Part shown: positions 12,612 to 23,784 of the stretch, piece after piece | Layout: each line of letters starts with the position of its first letter | How positions within the stretch are numbered: position 1 is the stretch's first letter | Origin: Protoeuglena noctilucae | Lineage: Eukaryota | Direction of reading: 5' to 3' | Length of the DNA stretch: 64,000 nucleotides | Assembly: GCA_958009085.1 (NCBI GenBank) | Contig: OY253672.1 | Location: 186,001-250,000 of the forward strand | The notes under the pieces: model-generated | Databases searched by the model: none | Seen by the model: only the letters and a program-made list of their open reading frames with translations | What the model was told of the DNA's origin: nothing | Position numbers and translations under genes: made by a program

Positions 12612-14116
12612 TCACAGGACGCGGTGCCGCTCGAAGCTGCGGGAGTCCTGCGTGATGCGCTCCATCTCCCTCTGCGCGTCCGCCAGCGTCCGGACGTGGT
12701 TGTCGAAGCCGATGCGCTCGATAGTGATGGCCTGCCCCCTCCGCACCCTAACCTCGCACCCCAGCTTGTCGATCGAGATGATCATGCAGTCGTCCACCCG
12801 CGCGTCCCCGTGCAGTGCCGTGAGGAGGTCCTTCAGGGACTCGGAGTGCGCGCGGTTCAAGGCCTCCAGGGTCTGGAAGAGCTCCCCGGACACCACGTCG
12901 TCCGGCTGCGTGCGCTCGTACGCCCGCGTGTCGATCCACTGCACCGTCCCGAAGCCGCCCGTGAAGTAGACGTCCACCAGGTTGTGCATGCGGAAGAACG
13001 AGTAGCCGCCCGTCACCCACCGCCCGCCGTCCATGTTGTGCTGCGGGGGGCGCGGACTTCACGAGGGAGGTGAGCCACGTACGACGTGCAGGAAGGGGCC
13101 ACTGCACCCGCACTGCGTTCTCGCCTTCTGCGCAAAGAGGCTCCGCGCGGCCTCCTCGGACTCTGGGGGAAGCTCGTACACGTCGCCGAAGATGGTCACG
13201 GAGGCGTTGGCCAGGCCCGACCAGCCGGGGGCTTGGACCACCAGGCACACCGACGGGTTGGCGAGGATGTTGTGCGTGTGGATGCCCAGGGGGGACAGGC
13301 TGGGGGAGGGGAGGGCAGGCATGGTGATTACGGGCCCGCGCTGGCTCGTGAGCGCGGCAGGGGGCTCTGCTGCGGCGGTGCACTTGCCAGAAAATGGGCT
13401 TGCCCGCCCCATCGGTTGTGAAGTCCACTAAGGTGCCGAAGGGGTACCCCGTCCGGCGGTGGTGCATCTCCGACATGACTGTACACAGCTGCGCATACGA
13501 CGCCTGCAGCGGCGGGGCGGGGAGCGCGTGGGGCACGGGACCCGCACCGGCAGCGAGGAAGGCTGCATTTCCTGGACCGGGATCGGGTAACAAGGGGCGA
13601 TGCTGTCAAGCGAAGGGACCCGAACGTGTTATCTCGCATCTCGCCTGCTCCATGAGGTTGCGCACGGCGACGACGGGCGGAGGCAAGTCATGCCGCTGCG
13701 CCGCGGACAGCGCCCCGGTGATGGGCGTGTTGGACAGGCCCGTGGCTTTGACGGGGCTCTGCTGAACCGCACCTCGACCTGAAGAGCCTGCGGGCGGGTG
13801 GGCGCGGTGCACGTCGGCGGAGGGAGGGCAGAAACCGCGGCGCCACGACGGCAACGTCAAAACCCAGCACGTCGGCGAGGCTAGGGACGCTTGGCCAACC
13901 ACACACATCCAGCATACGACGGGATGACCTCGGCAACGGGAGGGTGTATAGCGCCGGGAGGCGAGCGAGGAGAATGCAATGGAGCCGGCACTCACTGGCC
14001 TCCCCCGATTCCCCTCGGCACACGGTAACGCGCGCGACCTTTGCATTTGCAGCAGAGTGGGTCGCCGTCGGCGCGCGCCACGCGAATGCGCTCGGCGCGG
14101 CGAGGGCGGCCTGCAT
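12612..14116 (-). CDS. FMN-binding split-barrel (pyridoxamine 5'-phosphate oxidase-like / HugZ-like) protein, probably plastid-targeted
   Basis: AVRNLMEQASYAQLCTVMSEMHHRRTGYPFGTLVDF..LSPLGIHTHNILANP..VQAPGWSGLANASVTIFGDV..YFTGGFGTVQWI. Ala-rich transit-like N-terminus MQAALAAPSAF. Confidence 0.88.
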
Positions 14117-14516
14117 CGCGCACACCAGGCCCGTCAGCGCCTTTGAAGGGTCCGAGCACAGTCTGATGCGATCCTTTACGAAATCGGAACTGGTCCGGAT
14201 GGTCAGGAGCGGGGAATCTACACAGGATGGGCGAGTCCGGCAAGACTGGCAGAATTCAGTCCGCCCGTGCGTTTCGATGCCTTTGAGAGCGCCTACGCCC
14301 CTTCTGCGAGCTCCAAAGCTCCCGGACGGTCTCCACGGTGCGATGTGTCCCGTGTACATCACAACGCCCGCTGTGAGGTATCATGTCACGAAGGGTCTTT
14401 GTCTGTGATTCGTCGAGGATGGTGGCGCCGCTTGCCATGCTTGCACTAACGTGTTGCTCGGGACTGGGCCTGCGAGGCTGAGGAGGCGCCATCGGTCCCC
14501 AACCTCGCGGGTCTGA

Positions 14517-17500
14517 ATGTCGCGTGCGGGCTTGGCCCAGATTCGGCGATGCCGGCCCGAGCGCATCGTGGGTTGTGGTGGTGAGTTGGGCAGGAGGCGG
14601 GTGGGGCTTAATGGGGACGGGCTACACGCCTGTCACGATTGGAGCAGGCCCGGACGCGGCTTCGGGAAGCAAGGCCCGGAAAGTCGGGGGTTTTCTAGGT
14701 CGAGCTCCGCGTGCTCATCTTCTTCAGGCTTTGCGGTTCCTGCAGACGGCCGCATCGGCGCCCTCGAGCTGTCCTCGACGTACAATCATCCCAGCGAGCC
14801 TGCTTGTGGAAACCCCAGCAGAGGCCGACACGCGCGGGACGGCGCCACGGCAGCGCCACTGCCACGGTCGGGGTGGCATGCTAGGAGCCGGCACGACTGG
14901 CGCGCGGCCGCGCGCGTTCGTGGGCTCCTGGGCTGTGGGCACTCCTGGCTGGCCTGGCGCCCCTTTGCCGCGGCGCCAGAGGGCCGGGACAGGGAGGACG
15001 ACGTGTCCAGCACCGTCGAGGCGCTCCTCAGCGAGGGGGACAGAGACGGGGCCATTCGCGCACTGCACGCGGCGACCGTGGCAGGCGCACACGTGGTGAG
15101 GATCCTCGCCAGGCCGGTCACCAACCCCAGCAGCGCCTGCATCCATATTAAGCACTGCACCGTACTGTCGCTGCTTGCAGCCCCCCACCCTCCAGCGTGC
15201 GGTGCTCGACGCCGTGCGCGGTGGGCCCCCCGGCGGTCCCCGCACCCTGGACACCTCAGCCCTGGCTCTGCTCCTGGACGCCACCACGCGCGGCGCGTCC
15301 CCCGAGCTGCGCCTCCCCGACCTCCTCGACCTCCTGGACATCGCCGAGCCCCCTGCCGACCTCCCCCGCCCGGCCATCCAGGCGCGCGTGGCGGGGGAGG
15401 AGGGCGAGGCGGTCAGCACCACCCCCGAGGCCATCGCCACCATCCTGCGCGCCGTCACACGCGCCAACCGCGCATGGGGAGGGACGCGTGAGGGGCAGGC
15501 GCGCAGCCATCGCCACCTCTGCCCACCGCGTATGACTTTGCGAACATGGCCTCCTGCCACTGACCCCCGCAGAGCCGGCGTCGTCGTCCCTCGCGCTGCT
15601 GGCCGAGGCCCTGCGCCACATGCGCGCCCTGACGCTGCGGCCCCTGGACTCCCTCTGCGTCCCGCCCTTCCTGGCCGCCACCCGCCTTCGCCCCGACAGC
15701 GCCACGCGGCACCTCGTGTGGTCGCACCTGGCCCTGGAAGTGCCCCACATCCTGCGGGCCGCGGACGAGGGCCCGGACGACGGGGGTGGCGAGCGAACTG
15801 CGGGCCCCGCGGACTTCCTCGGCTGCCTGCAGGGGCTGGCACACCTGGGCGGCACGGCGGACGTGCGGGTGGTGCTGGCGCTGTCGGTGGCAGCGCTGGG
15901 GCTGCCGTCCTGCCTGGCGCGGAACGGGGAGGGGGGCGCGAGGGAGGTGGCACTGGCCTCGCGCGGTGAGTGAGGAGGGGACGGGGAGGGGTGGTGCAGC
16001 AGTGTTGACCAGCAACTGACCCGTGCCCAAGGCGACGTTGCCCCTCCCTGTTGCCGCAGAGTCATCTTGGGCGGCCCTCCTCGGCCTCCTTCGCCTGCGC
16101 ACGGCCCCCTCGCCCGAGGCCAGCAGCTCCCTGGAGCAGGCGTCGTCCAGATTCGGGGCACGGCTGCAAGGCGCGTGGCAGCACGCGCTCGCCGGGCGCA
16201 GACACGCTTGCAGCGTCAGCTTAGTCAACTCTCTCCGTGTGTTCTCCGCAGGCCCCAGTGCCCTGCCCTCTCTGCCGCGCCCCTCCCCGGGCACGCCGCC
16301 ACCCCCTGACCTGTCCGGTGGGGCCGCCACGGCCATGCACGCGGTACTGGAGCGCCTGGGGTCGCGGTCGCTCGCGGACGTGTCCGCCAGGGGCCGCGTG
16401 CTGGACCTGCTGGACGCGCTGCCGCCCGCGCAGCAGGAGAGCCTGGCGTGGCTGGCGGCCGAGGTGGCGTTCCTGGCGCACGCAAGGGCGGCGGCGCGGG
16501 GGGCGGTGGGGCGCAGGGCGAGTGCGCAGCTGTGGGACGAGAGTGGCGAGGAGAGCACGCGGGAGGCGGGGCACGCGGGGTCGGGGGCGCCGTGCCCGGC
16601 ACACACGGTGGCGGGGGTGGTGGGGGCGTGGGCGGCGCTGGGGTGCGGGGGGGCGGTGCCGGGCCCGCTGTGGAGCGCGGTGGAGGGGTGGGTGGCCCGG
16701 GAGGGCGGGCGTGGGGACGCGCGGGGCGTGGTGGCGGTGCTGGGCGCCATGGAGCGAGCAGGGCGGTCACCGACGGCGCTGGGGCTGGTGGCGACGGAAG
16801 AGGTGAGGGTAGCATTGAGTGACTGATGCGGGAGTGGCGACGATAGCCAAGCTCAGCAATTGCTCATTATTATGGTATCATCTACACCCCCCGCAGCACC
16901 TGGCGCGCCTGGCTGTGGACGCCCCCCCTCCAAGCCCTGCGTCGTGCGTGGGTGCACTGGCCCTGGTGCATGCCTGGGGCCGACTGCGACACGTGCCGTC
17001 CCCCGGGGCCTTCGAGGGTCTGCGGCGCGTCGTGGAGGGGCTGGGCCAGGCGGGCAGCGGCCGAGGGGTGAGTGGCGAATGCGACAGGCAAGCTGTTTGT
17101 ACTGCAGTGTCGCAGAGCATGCACCCATCGCTGTGTGCCTCCCGCCCAGGACCACCCCGGCCCCTCCGTGCGCGACCTCGCCCTGGCGCTCTGGGCCCTC
17201 CGCGCCCTGGGTGCCCCGCCAGCCCTGGCACGGTCCCTGGCTGCGTGCGTGGATGCGGCTGTGGGGGTGCGGGGGAAGGGGGTTGCGCTCGGGCTCAGCG
17301 CGGGGGACGTCAGAGATTTGCTGTGGGCGTCGCAGGCGGAGAGGGCGAGGGGGCCGCTGCCCCAGGCGGCGGTGCCCAGTGTCACGCGCGCCGTTCCTGG
17401 GGACCCCGAGGGGACGGGGGGCGAGGAGGGCTCTGCGCCCGGGCAGTCTCTGTTGGCACCTGGCACGGTGATGGCGGTGGCTGCGTCGCTGGCGCGGGCG

Positions 17501-17884
17501 GGCGGCCTCAGCCAGTCGTCGCCGGACGTGGTGGCGGAGGTGCTGGAGGGGCTGGTGGCCGCGGGGGTGGTCGTGGGCAGCGACGATGGCGGGGGGCTGT
17601 CGGGGCGGCTCCTGGAGCAGGCGGAGGTGGCCGTGGATCGCTCGCTCCGGTCCCTTGTGCCCAAGGCGAGGGGCAGGCTGCGAGAGGCGTGCTGTGATGG
17701 GCCACTGCCGGCTGTGGGCGCGGACAGCGCGCTGAACTCGTGCCCGCAGCGTCGCAACGAGGACGACGTGCTGGCCCCCTGGACGGACGCCTACCTCTCC
17801 ATCTGCGCCGTCATGGCCCTGGCCGGCCACCGCCCGCGCGCCCCCCTCGTGGCCGATCTGATGCACCGCGCAGGGCTGGGCTAG
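14517..17884 (+). CDS. Uncharacterised Ala/Leu-rich helical protein, possibly organellar
   Basis: Chain of coding-like exons with gtgag/cag borders (e.g. 15194-15498, 15573-15964, 16060-16802, 16897-17066, 17150-17884). No recognisable catalytic motif. Confidence 0.55.
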
Positions 17885-18007
17885 TGAAGCGGTGGGGCTG
17901 TGGTTCAAAAGAGGCATCGAGAGACGTGCCGAAGGAACTCTGACCTGCTCCGCCGCTGCTGCCAAACGGCTGATGCACCGCGTGCTCCTGCACCTCCCGT
18001 CGCCCGC

Positions 18008-20975
18008 TTATCGGTTCTGGTGTCGGACGAAGGCCAGGGCGGCCCACGCGCAGAGGCCGAAGAAGACGACCCAGGACGCGAGGATGAGCATGTTTGCGTA
18101 CACGGGCTCGGTGATGTCGTAGAACTCCAGGGGGGTCATCGTGCCGAAGACGGGGGTGGTGACGCCCCGGAACTGATCCGCCATCACGGCGGCCCTGCGT
18201 CAAGTGCGGGTCATGCGTGCTGCGAGGGTGCGAAACCCGGCGCGGGGGTCCGGCATCGCAGGATTTGGCCGGCTCAGATTGCCACGCACATTCCGCACTC
18301 GCCAGGCATAGCGCATGAAGTCCAGGTACGAGATCCATCGGATGAAACCCGGGATGCTGTTCTGGTGGATGAGGAATCCGGCGAAGAACAGGTCGACGGT
18401 GATGAGCGTGGGGAAGAGCGCGTTGGCCGCCTCGAGGGTGCTGGTGGATGCGGCGATGAAGTAGGCGAGCGTCGTGGAGCACGAGAGGGCCAGGAAGTAG
18501 GCCATCCACACGATGACGAAGTGACCCTGGAGGCCTACGCTGAAGGAGAAGACGATGGTGGCCGCGCACGCCACGACCTGGGGCTCAGCCAAGAAGGGCC
18601 ATGGCTCAGCCGTGCACGGGAGGGTGAACGCAGCGCACCATGGCTCATCGCAGACAGGACGGCTCACCACAGACAGGATGGACTCCTCAACGACCTTGTT
18701 GAGGAGGTACAGGCCGGCCGTGTAGACGCCGTCGCTGCGCTCGCGGTAGTAGAGCGGACGCTCGATGACCAGCGTGGGGATGTATCTGCGGAGGGTCGCT
18801 GAGGATGCGGGTGGGTGCACACGCCCCGCCTGCCGCGCCCAGCACCCCGCGCCTCTCACATGGCTGCCCCGAACGACGGCTGAACCATCCACATGTAGAG
18901 CACGGCGGCCTGGGTGACGACGCGCGTCTGAGAGAGGCCAGTGCCCTCGTTCATGAACAGCAGAGCCGCCAGGACGGCCAGGAAGAGCTGCAGTGGCGAG
19001 GGCGCTGAGCGTTGCGCTGTCGCCACCCCACGCTGGCTGGCACGTGCTGCAACCATGCGTCCATTCGCGTACCTTGTTGAAGACGCGCGTGCCAACCCAT
19101 GAGGGGCTCATGTAAGCACTGACGGTGCGGTATCGGAAGAAGACCCAGAAGGCGTACCAGCGCGGCACGGTCATGGCAGACCCGCCCCGGGGGTCGTTCT
19201 TCAGCACCTCCGACACTGCGGGACGCGGGAGGCGCACGTGAGGACGCAAGACGCAGTCGCGCGCACATCGGGGAAGATACGGATCGTGCTGTGACTCGCA
19301 CCCGTTGTGCCCCGGACGTGCTCTCGTGCCCACCGCGCCCTCCTGCGGTTCTCCTGCGCGGGCACCGATGACGGCGCGAGTCAACCCCCCCCGCAGCCCT
19401 CCTGGTCCGCATGGAGACACAGGTGACGTCTCACCTCCGCCTTGGGACTACGCTCGTACGCTTGGACAAAGTCGAAGTCGCCGCTGCCGTCCGCCTGCTC
19501 CGCTGCTCCGTGCCGCGACCCCTTCGTGGCAATGCGCTTGGACCCCGTCGTCACTCGCACCACCAACTCCACGTCCGACTCCTGGGGCCGACGCTCGGGG
19601 AGGGCAACCGGCAGAGAGAAGAAGTAGTCCTGCACCGCTGCCCCAGCAGGGCCCGTGTAGATGACGCGGCCCCCGTAGAGCATCTGAGGGTAGGTGCGTG
19701 GCTACCATGGAGGTGACAGGCTGGGTCTGGGCAAGCAGAACGGCTGCATTCGTCTCCATCTCACCAAGAGCTCGTCGAAGAGGCAGAACGTGAACGCGGA
19801 TGGGCTGTGGATGGTCGAGCAGATGGTGACGCCGCTGCGTGCCAAGCGCTGCACCACCTGCATGACCTCGTCGGCCGTGAAGCTGTCCAGGCCAGACGTG
19901 GGCTGCGGGGATTCAAACAGTCGTCAAGTTGGCGACGCAGCTGCCGTTGATGATGCAGCTGCCTTGACCCTGGCACGTGCGCCCCCACCTCGTCGAGGAA
20001 GAGCACCCGGGGCTCCGTGATGAGCGCGATGCCGATGTTGACGCGCTTGGCCTGCCCCCCCGAGATGCCCCGCCGCAGGGGACTCCCGATGAGTGTGTCG
20101 GCCACGTGGCTCAGACCCAGGCGGTCCAGCATCAGGTCCACGGCCGACTGCTTGACCGCAGCGCACTGGCCTGAGAGGAGGAGCGCAGCAGGGGTGGCCA
20201 TCTCCGCACTCCCGCACTAGCAGTGGCAAAAGACGCCGCATCGTCCGCGCCGCTCACTGTGGGGTCGCTTCATGAACGCCTGGTACGCGAGCATCTCCCG
20301 CACCGTGAGCGTCGGCAGCAGCGTGTCCTGCTGCTCCACGTACCCGGTGTGACGGCGGAGGAAGCGCCCTCGGGGGCGCTCGCCCCCGTACAGAATGTCA
20401 CCCTCGATGCGTCCCACTGCGGAGGATGGAAAGGGCAATGCCATGCCTGTGTCCTCCTGTGGGGCTGCCACCCCATGTGCGCAGGAAGCACCAGCACCGC
20501 TTCCTGGCTGAGCCCTTCTCACCCGTCTTGCGGCCCGCCAGGACGTCCAAAAGCGTGCTCTTCCCGCTGCCGCTCGGGCCCATCAGCGCAGTCATTTTCC
20601 CCGCCTCCAGAATCCCCGTCACGTCCTCCAAAATCACAGACGTCTTGCGGCGGCCCTGCACGCTGTACCGCACACCCTCGAACGTCACCGTGAGCCCCGC
20701 ATCCTCCCGGCGGCTCCGCCCGGTGAAGTAGCGCTGCGACTCCCGGAACTGCTCCCGAGCCTCCTCGCCCTCCGTCACCATCCGGGTCAGGGCGCGGGAC
20801 AGGCCGCTCTTGACCCCCTGCAGGCCATCGCCCTCCCCCGCCTGGGCGTCCGAGGAGCCCTCGCCTCGTTCCTCGTCCGCGTCGCCGTGGACGCCCAACT
20901 CCAGCTCTGCTGACGCGGAAACGGGGCCCCATGCCCGTGCTTACGTATTACCTCCTTCCCGCACCGACGGGCCAT
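18008..20975 (-). CDS. ABCG (White-type) half transporter, NBD-TMD order
   Basis: Walker A GPSGSGKST, YVEQQD, signature GISGGQAKRVNIG, Walker B VLFLDE|PTSGLD, STIHSP, ERPLYYRER, hydrophobic TMD. Stop TAA at 18008-18010. Start approximate. Confidence 0.95.
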
Positions 20976-21292
20976 CCGCTCGCCTCTGCTGCGGCTGGGC
21001 GCGATAGAACCACGCCGTACGCCATCTGCTTGCGTCCCGCCGCGTCGATCCGGCGCGAAATGGAACATCGCGGCCTCAGCAGCACTCCCGGCTGCGAGTG
21101 CCTTTGCGGAGGGCCAGCCCGGTGAAACTTCGCTCTGTTGCTTTAACCTTCTTAATGAGATTCAAGAATAAAACAAGACGTCGGATTCGATGAGGCCAAG
21201 CATCGCCCCAGCCTTGCAATGCGCCTGAATGTGCGCGTAGGCATCTGGTGCCGGCTTCACAGCTTGCTGGGAATTCGGAAAGGAAGGAGACT

Positions 21293-22487
21293 CTACATTT
21301 TGGCATGCGGCCGTCCTGCGAACTGTGAGGATAGCCTCCCCTTCGTGTCGCCCCCTGCCTTGCCCATCTCGATGTAGGCCTGGAGCGCCTGGTCGACCTC
21401 CATGGTGAGCGCTTCCCGCAGGCTCATCCCCTCGCCCTCGTTGATCATCCGCTTGAACAGCTGGTTGACCTCCGCGTTCCTGTGGCCAGGCGTCCGTCGC
21501 GTTCGCACGATGACAACGGCAGAGCGGGCAACACAGCGGCGCCGCAAAGCGCAGGCGCAAACGGGGCACCTCTTGCACGCCCCGTCCGCCAGCGCCGTCG
21601 CCGCGCTCATGAGCTGTTCTCGCGGCACGACCTCGGCAACCAGGCCCCATGCCAGCGCTTGCGCCGCCGCCACCTTGTGCCCGCAGATGGACATGAGCTT
21701 GGCACGCCCCGGCCTGCGTGGGTCGACAGGCGGCACAGGTGGCCCGCAGCGCAGGAGCCAGGGCTCAGGGAGGGGCCCCGGCTGGGAGGGGCCTTGCTGC
21801 TTGCACGCCGATCACCCGACGAGACGGGGGAGGATCTGCGACATGCCGCCGGCCGGCCGTATGTTGTAGAGGCTGTGCGTGTCCCAGAACACGGCGTCGT
21901 CCGCGGCAACGATCACGTCGCAGTTTAGGGCCACCTCCATGCCCCCCGTCGCGCAGTACCCAGCCACAGCCCCTGCATACGCATGCGGCATAGAGCGGGC
22001 GCTTGCATTTGCAGTTCCACCGCTCGAATCACAAGGGTCGCTCGAGAGAAGTCAGCCCGGCGCGGGCCCGCACCAATGATGGGGAAGTCGCACTTTTGCA
22101 TCTGCACAAGGTAATTCCCCTCCCCCTTGATCCACTCGGGAGTCATGATTTCGGGATCCGCAAACAGAGGCTCCTTGAGGTCCACGCCGGCGCAGAAGTT
22201 CTTCCCGGCGCCCGTGAGGACGCACACGGTCACGTCCCCGCGTGCCCTGCGCCTCGCGCGAGGGGAGCTCGCCTTCCGGGGCGGACCGCCGCGATTCAAA
22301 AATAGAGAGCCCTTCGTTTGCACGACAGCGCGGCCTGGGCTCGCCTCAGCCCCCGGAACGCCGAGGAGAGGGCCTTGCCGAGCGCGGGGTTGATGGCGTT
22401 GAACTGCGCCGGGCGATTCAGCGTCACCACCGCGACCCTCTTCCCCGGCCCCTTTTCGACGAATTCAACCAGGACAGGGTCCGACAT
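21293..22487 (-). CDS. ECHIA: Peroxisomal enoyl-CoA hydratase/isomerase (crotonase family)
   Basis: VTLNRPAQFNAI, FCAGVDL, PIIGAVAGYCATGGMEVALNCD, FWDTH. C-terminal AKM is PTS1-like. Confidence 0.9.
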
Positions 22488-22690
22488 GGGAGAAAGTGCG
22501 CGCGAGGGGGCGCTAAGGCCAGTGACTGGAACAGCAGTCGCGAGCGGCGTCGCCGTCGACAGCGAAGGCCAGAGGACAACCGAAACGCGAGAGCAGCGCT
22601 TTTTGTTTTGCCAATGAGGATTCAAATAGATGACGGCTAGGGCACCGCTTCCTGTGGCAGCATGGACGTCCGCGCTCCTCTGAAACACTG

Positions 22691-23427
22691 CTAGCATGCA
22701 GGCTTTTGCCCCACCTGCGCCCCGAACAGGGGCAGCGCCGCCACGGAGGTGCGGTACCTGCTGTTGGGGTCCGCCTGGTCAGCGGACCCTGAGCTCCAGT
22801 TGGTCGAGTAAGCGACGTACAGCAACGTGTTGCTCTGGGGGTCGTAGATGCGGCGCAGCTTGACCGACTTGAAGAAGAGCGACTTCCGCTCCCTGAAGAT
22901 CTCCTCCCCCGCGGGACCGTACTTAATCGGCGCCTTGAAGGAGATGGGCCCCGTCTGGGCCACTGCTCGGGAGGGAGCGCTTCAAGCCGTGTCTCACTCG
23001 CGCGGCCACGCCATGCGTGGGCGAAGCGGGCGGGGCAGCTGCCGGCCTCACCAGTTATGGAGGTGGATGTGGGGTCCGTAAAGAAATCTTTGGCCAAACG
23101 GTCAGTTATGGGGCGCTCAATACTCGACAAAAAGACCGACACCCCCTCGACTGCAGGGTCCGGCACAGCATGCACGCGCACGGTGTCCTGGAAGAACAGG
23201 CCGCCCCGCGCCCCAAACTCGCCCACGCGACGGACCTGGCGGGGACCGGCGCCCTCCTCGGCCGCTCCCTCCCCCTCGGCGGCCCCGGGGGGCAGGGCCC
23301 AGCCTGCGACGTGATGCAGAGGCCTGTTCCCAGGAGGGCGCGGGGAGGCTGGCAGGCATGGGCGACAAAACGCACCTGCCGCAAGCGCACATCCCATCAC
23401 CCCCGCTACGGCAATGGCGCGCCTCAT
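22691..23427 (-). CDS. creA: CreA family protein
   Basis: VGEF..DTVRVHAVPDPAVEGV..S..DPTSTSITVAQTGPI..GEEIFRERKSLFFKSVKLRRIYD..NTLLYVAYS is the CreA signature. Hydrophobic N-terminus. Two GT-AG introns. May extend further 5'. Confidence 0.85.
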
Positions 23428-23784
23428 GACACAGCAAATGTTGGCACCCTGGGCGTCGAAAATGTGTCGTAACTCTGTTGGTTCTCGCCACTGTGACAGG
23501 AGGAGGAGCTGAGGAGGACTGTAGGAGGACAGGAGGAGAACCAGAGGACCGAAGTAACACCGAAGCAGCTGGCGTTTGGTCGCCAGCACGGGCCGGGGCA
23601 GTCCAGCCTTCGGCGGATATTCCTAGCACGCGACGATGAATCATCAATGAGTATATGCACCTCGGTGTGAGCAGACACTGCCTGGGCGCGGGGAAATCCT
23701 GCAGCGACAGCGTTTTGTTGACTGCTCTGCGGCTCCCTCGACGGCCAGCGATGGCTCGCCGACCGCCCGGCGGTAGATAGTCGC

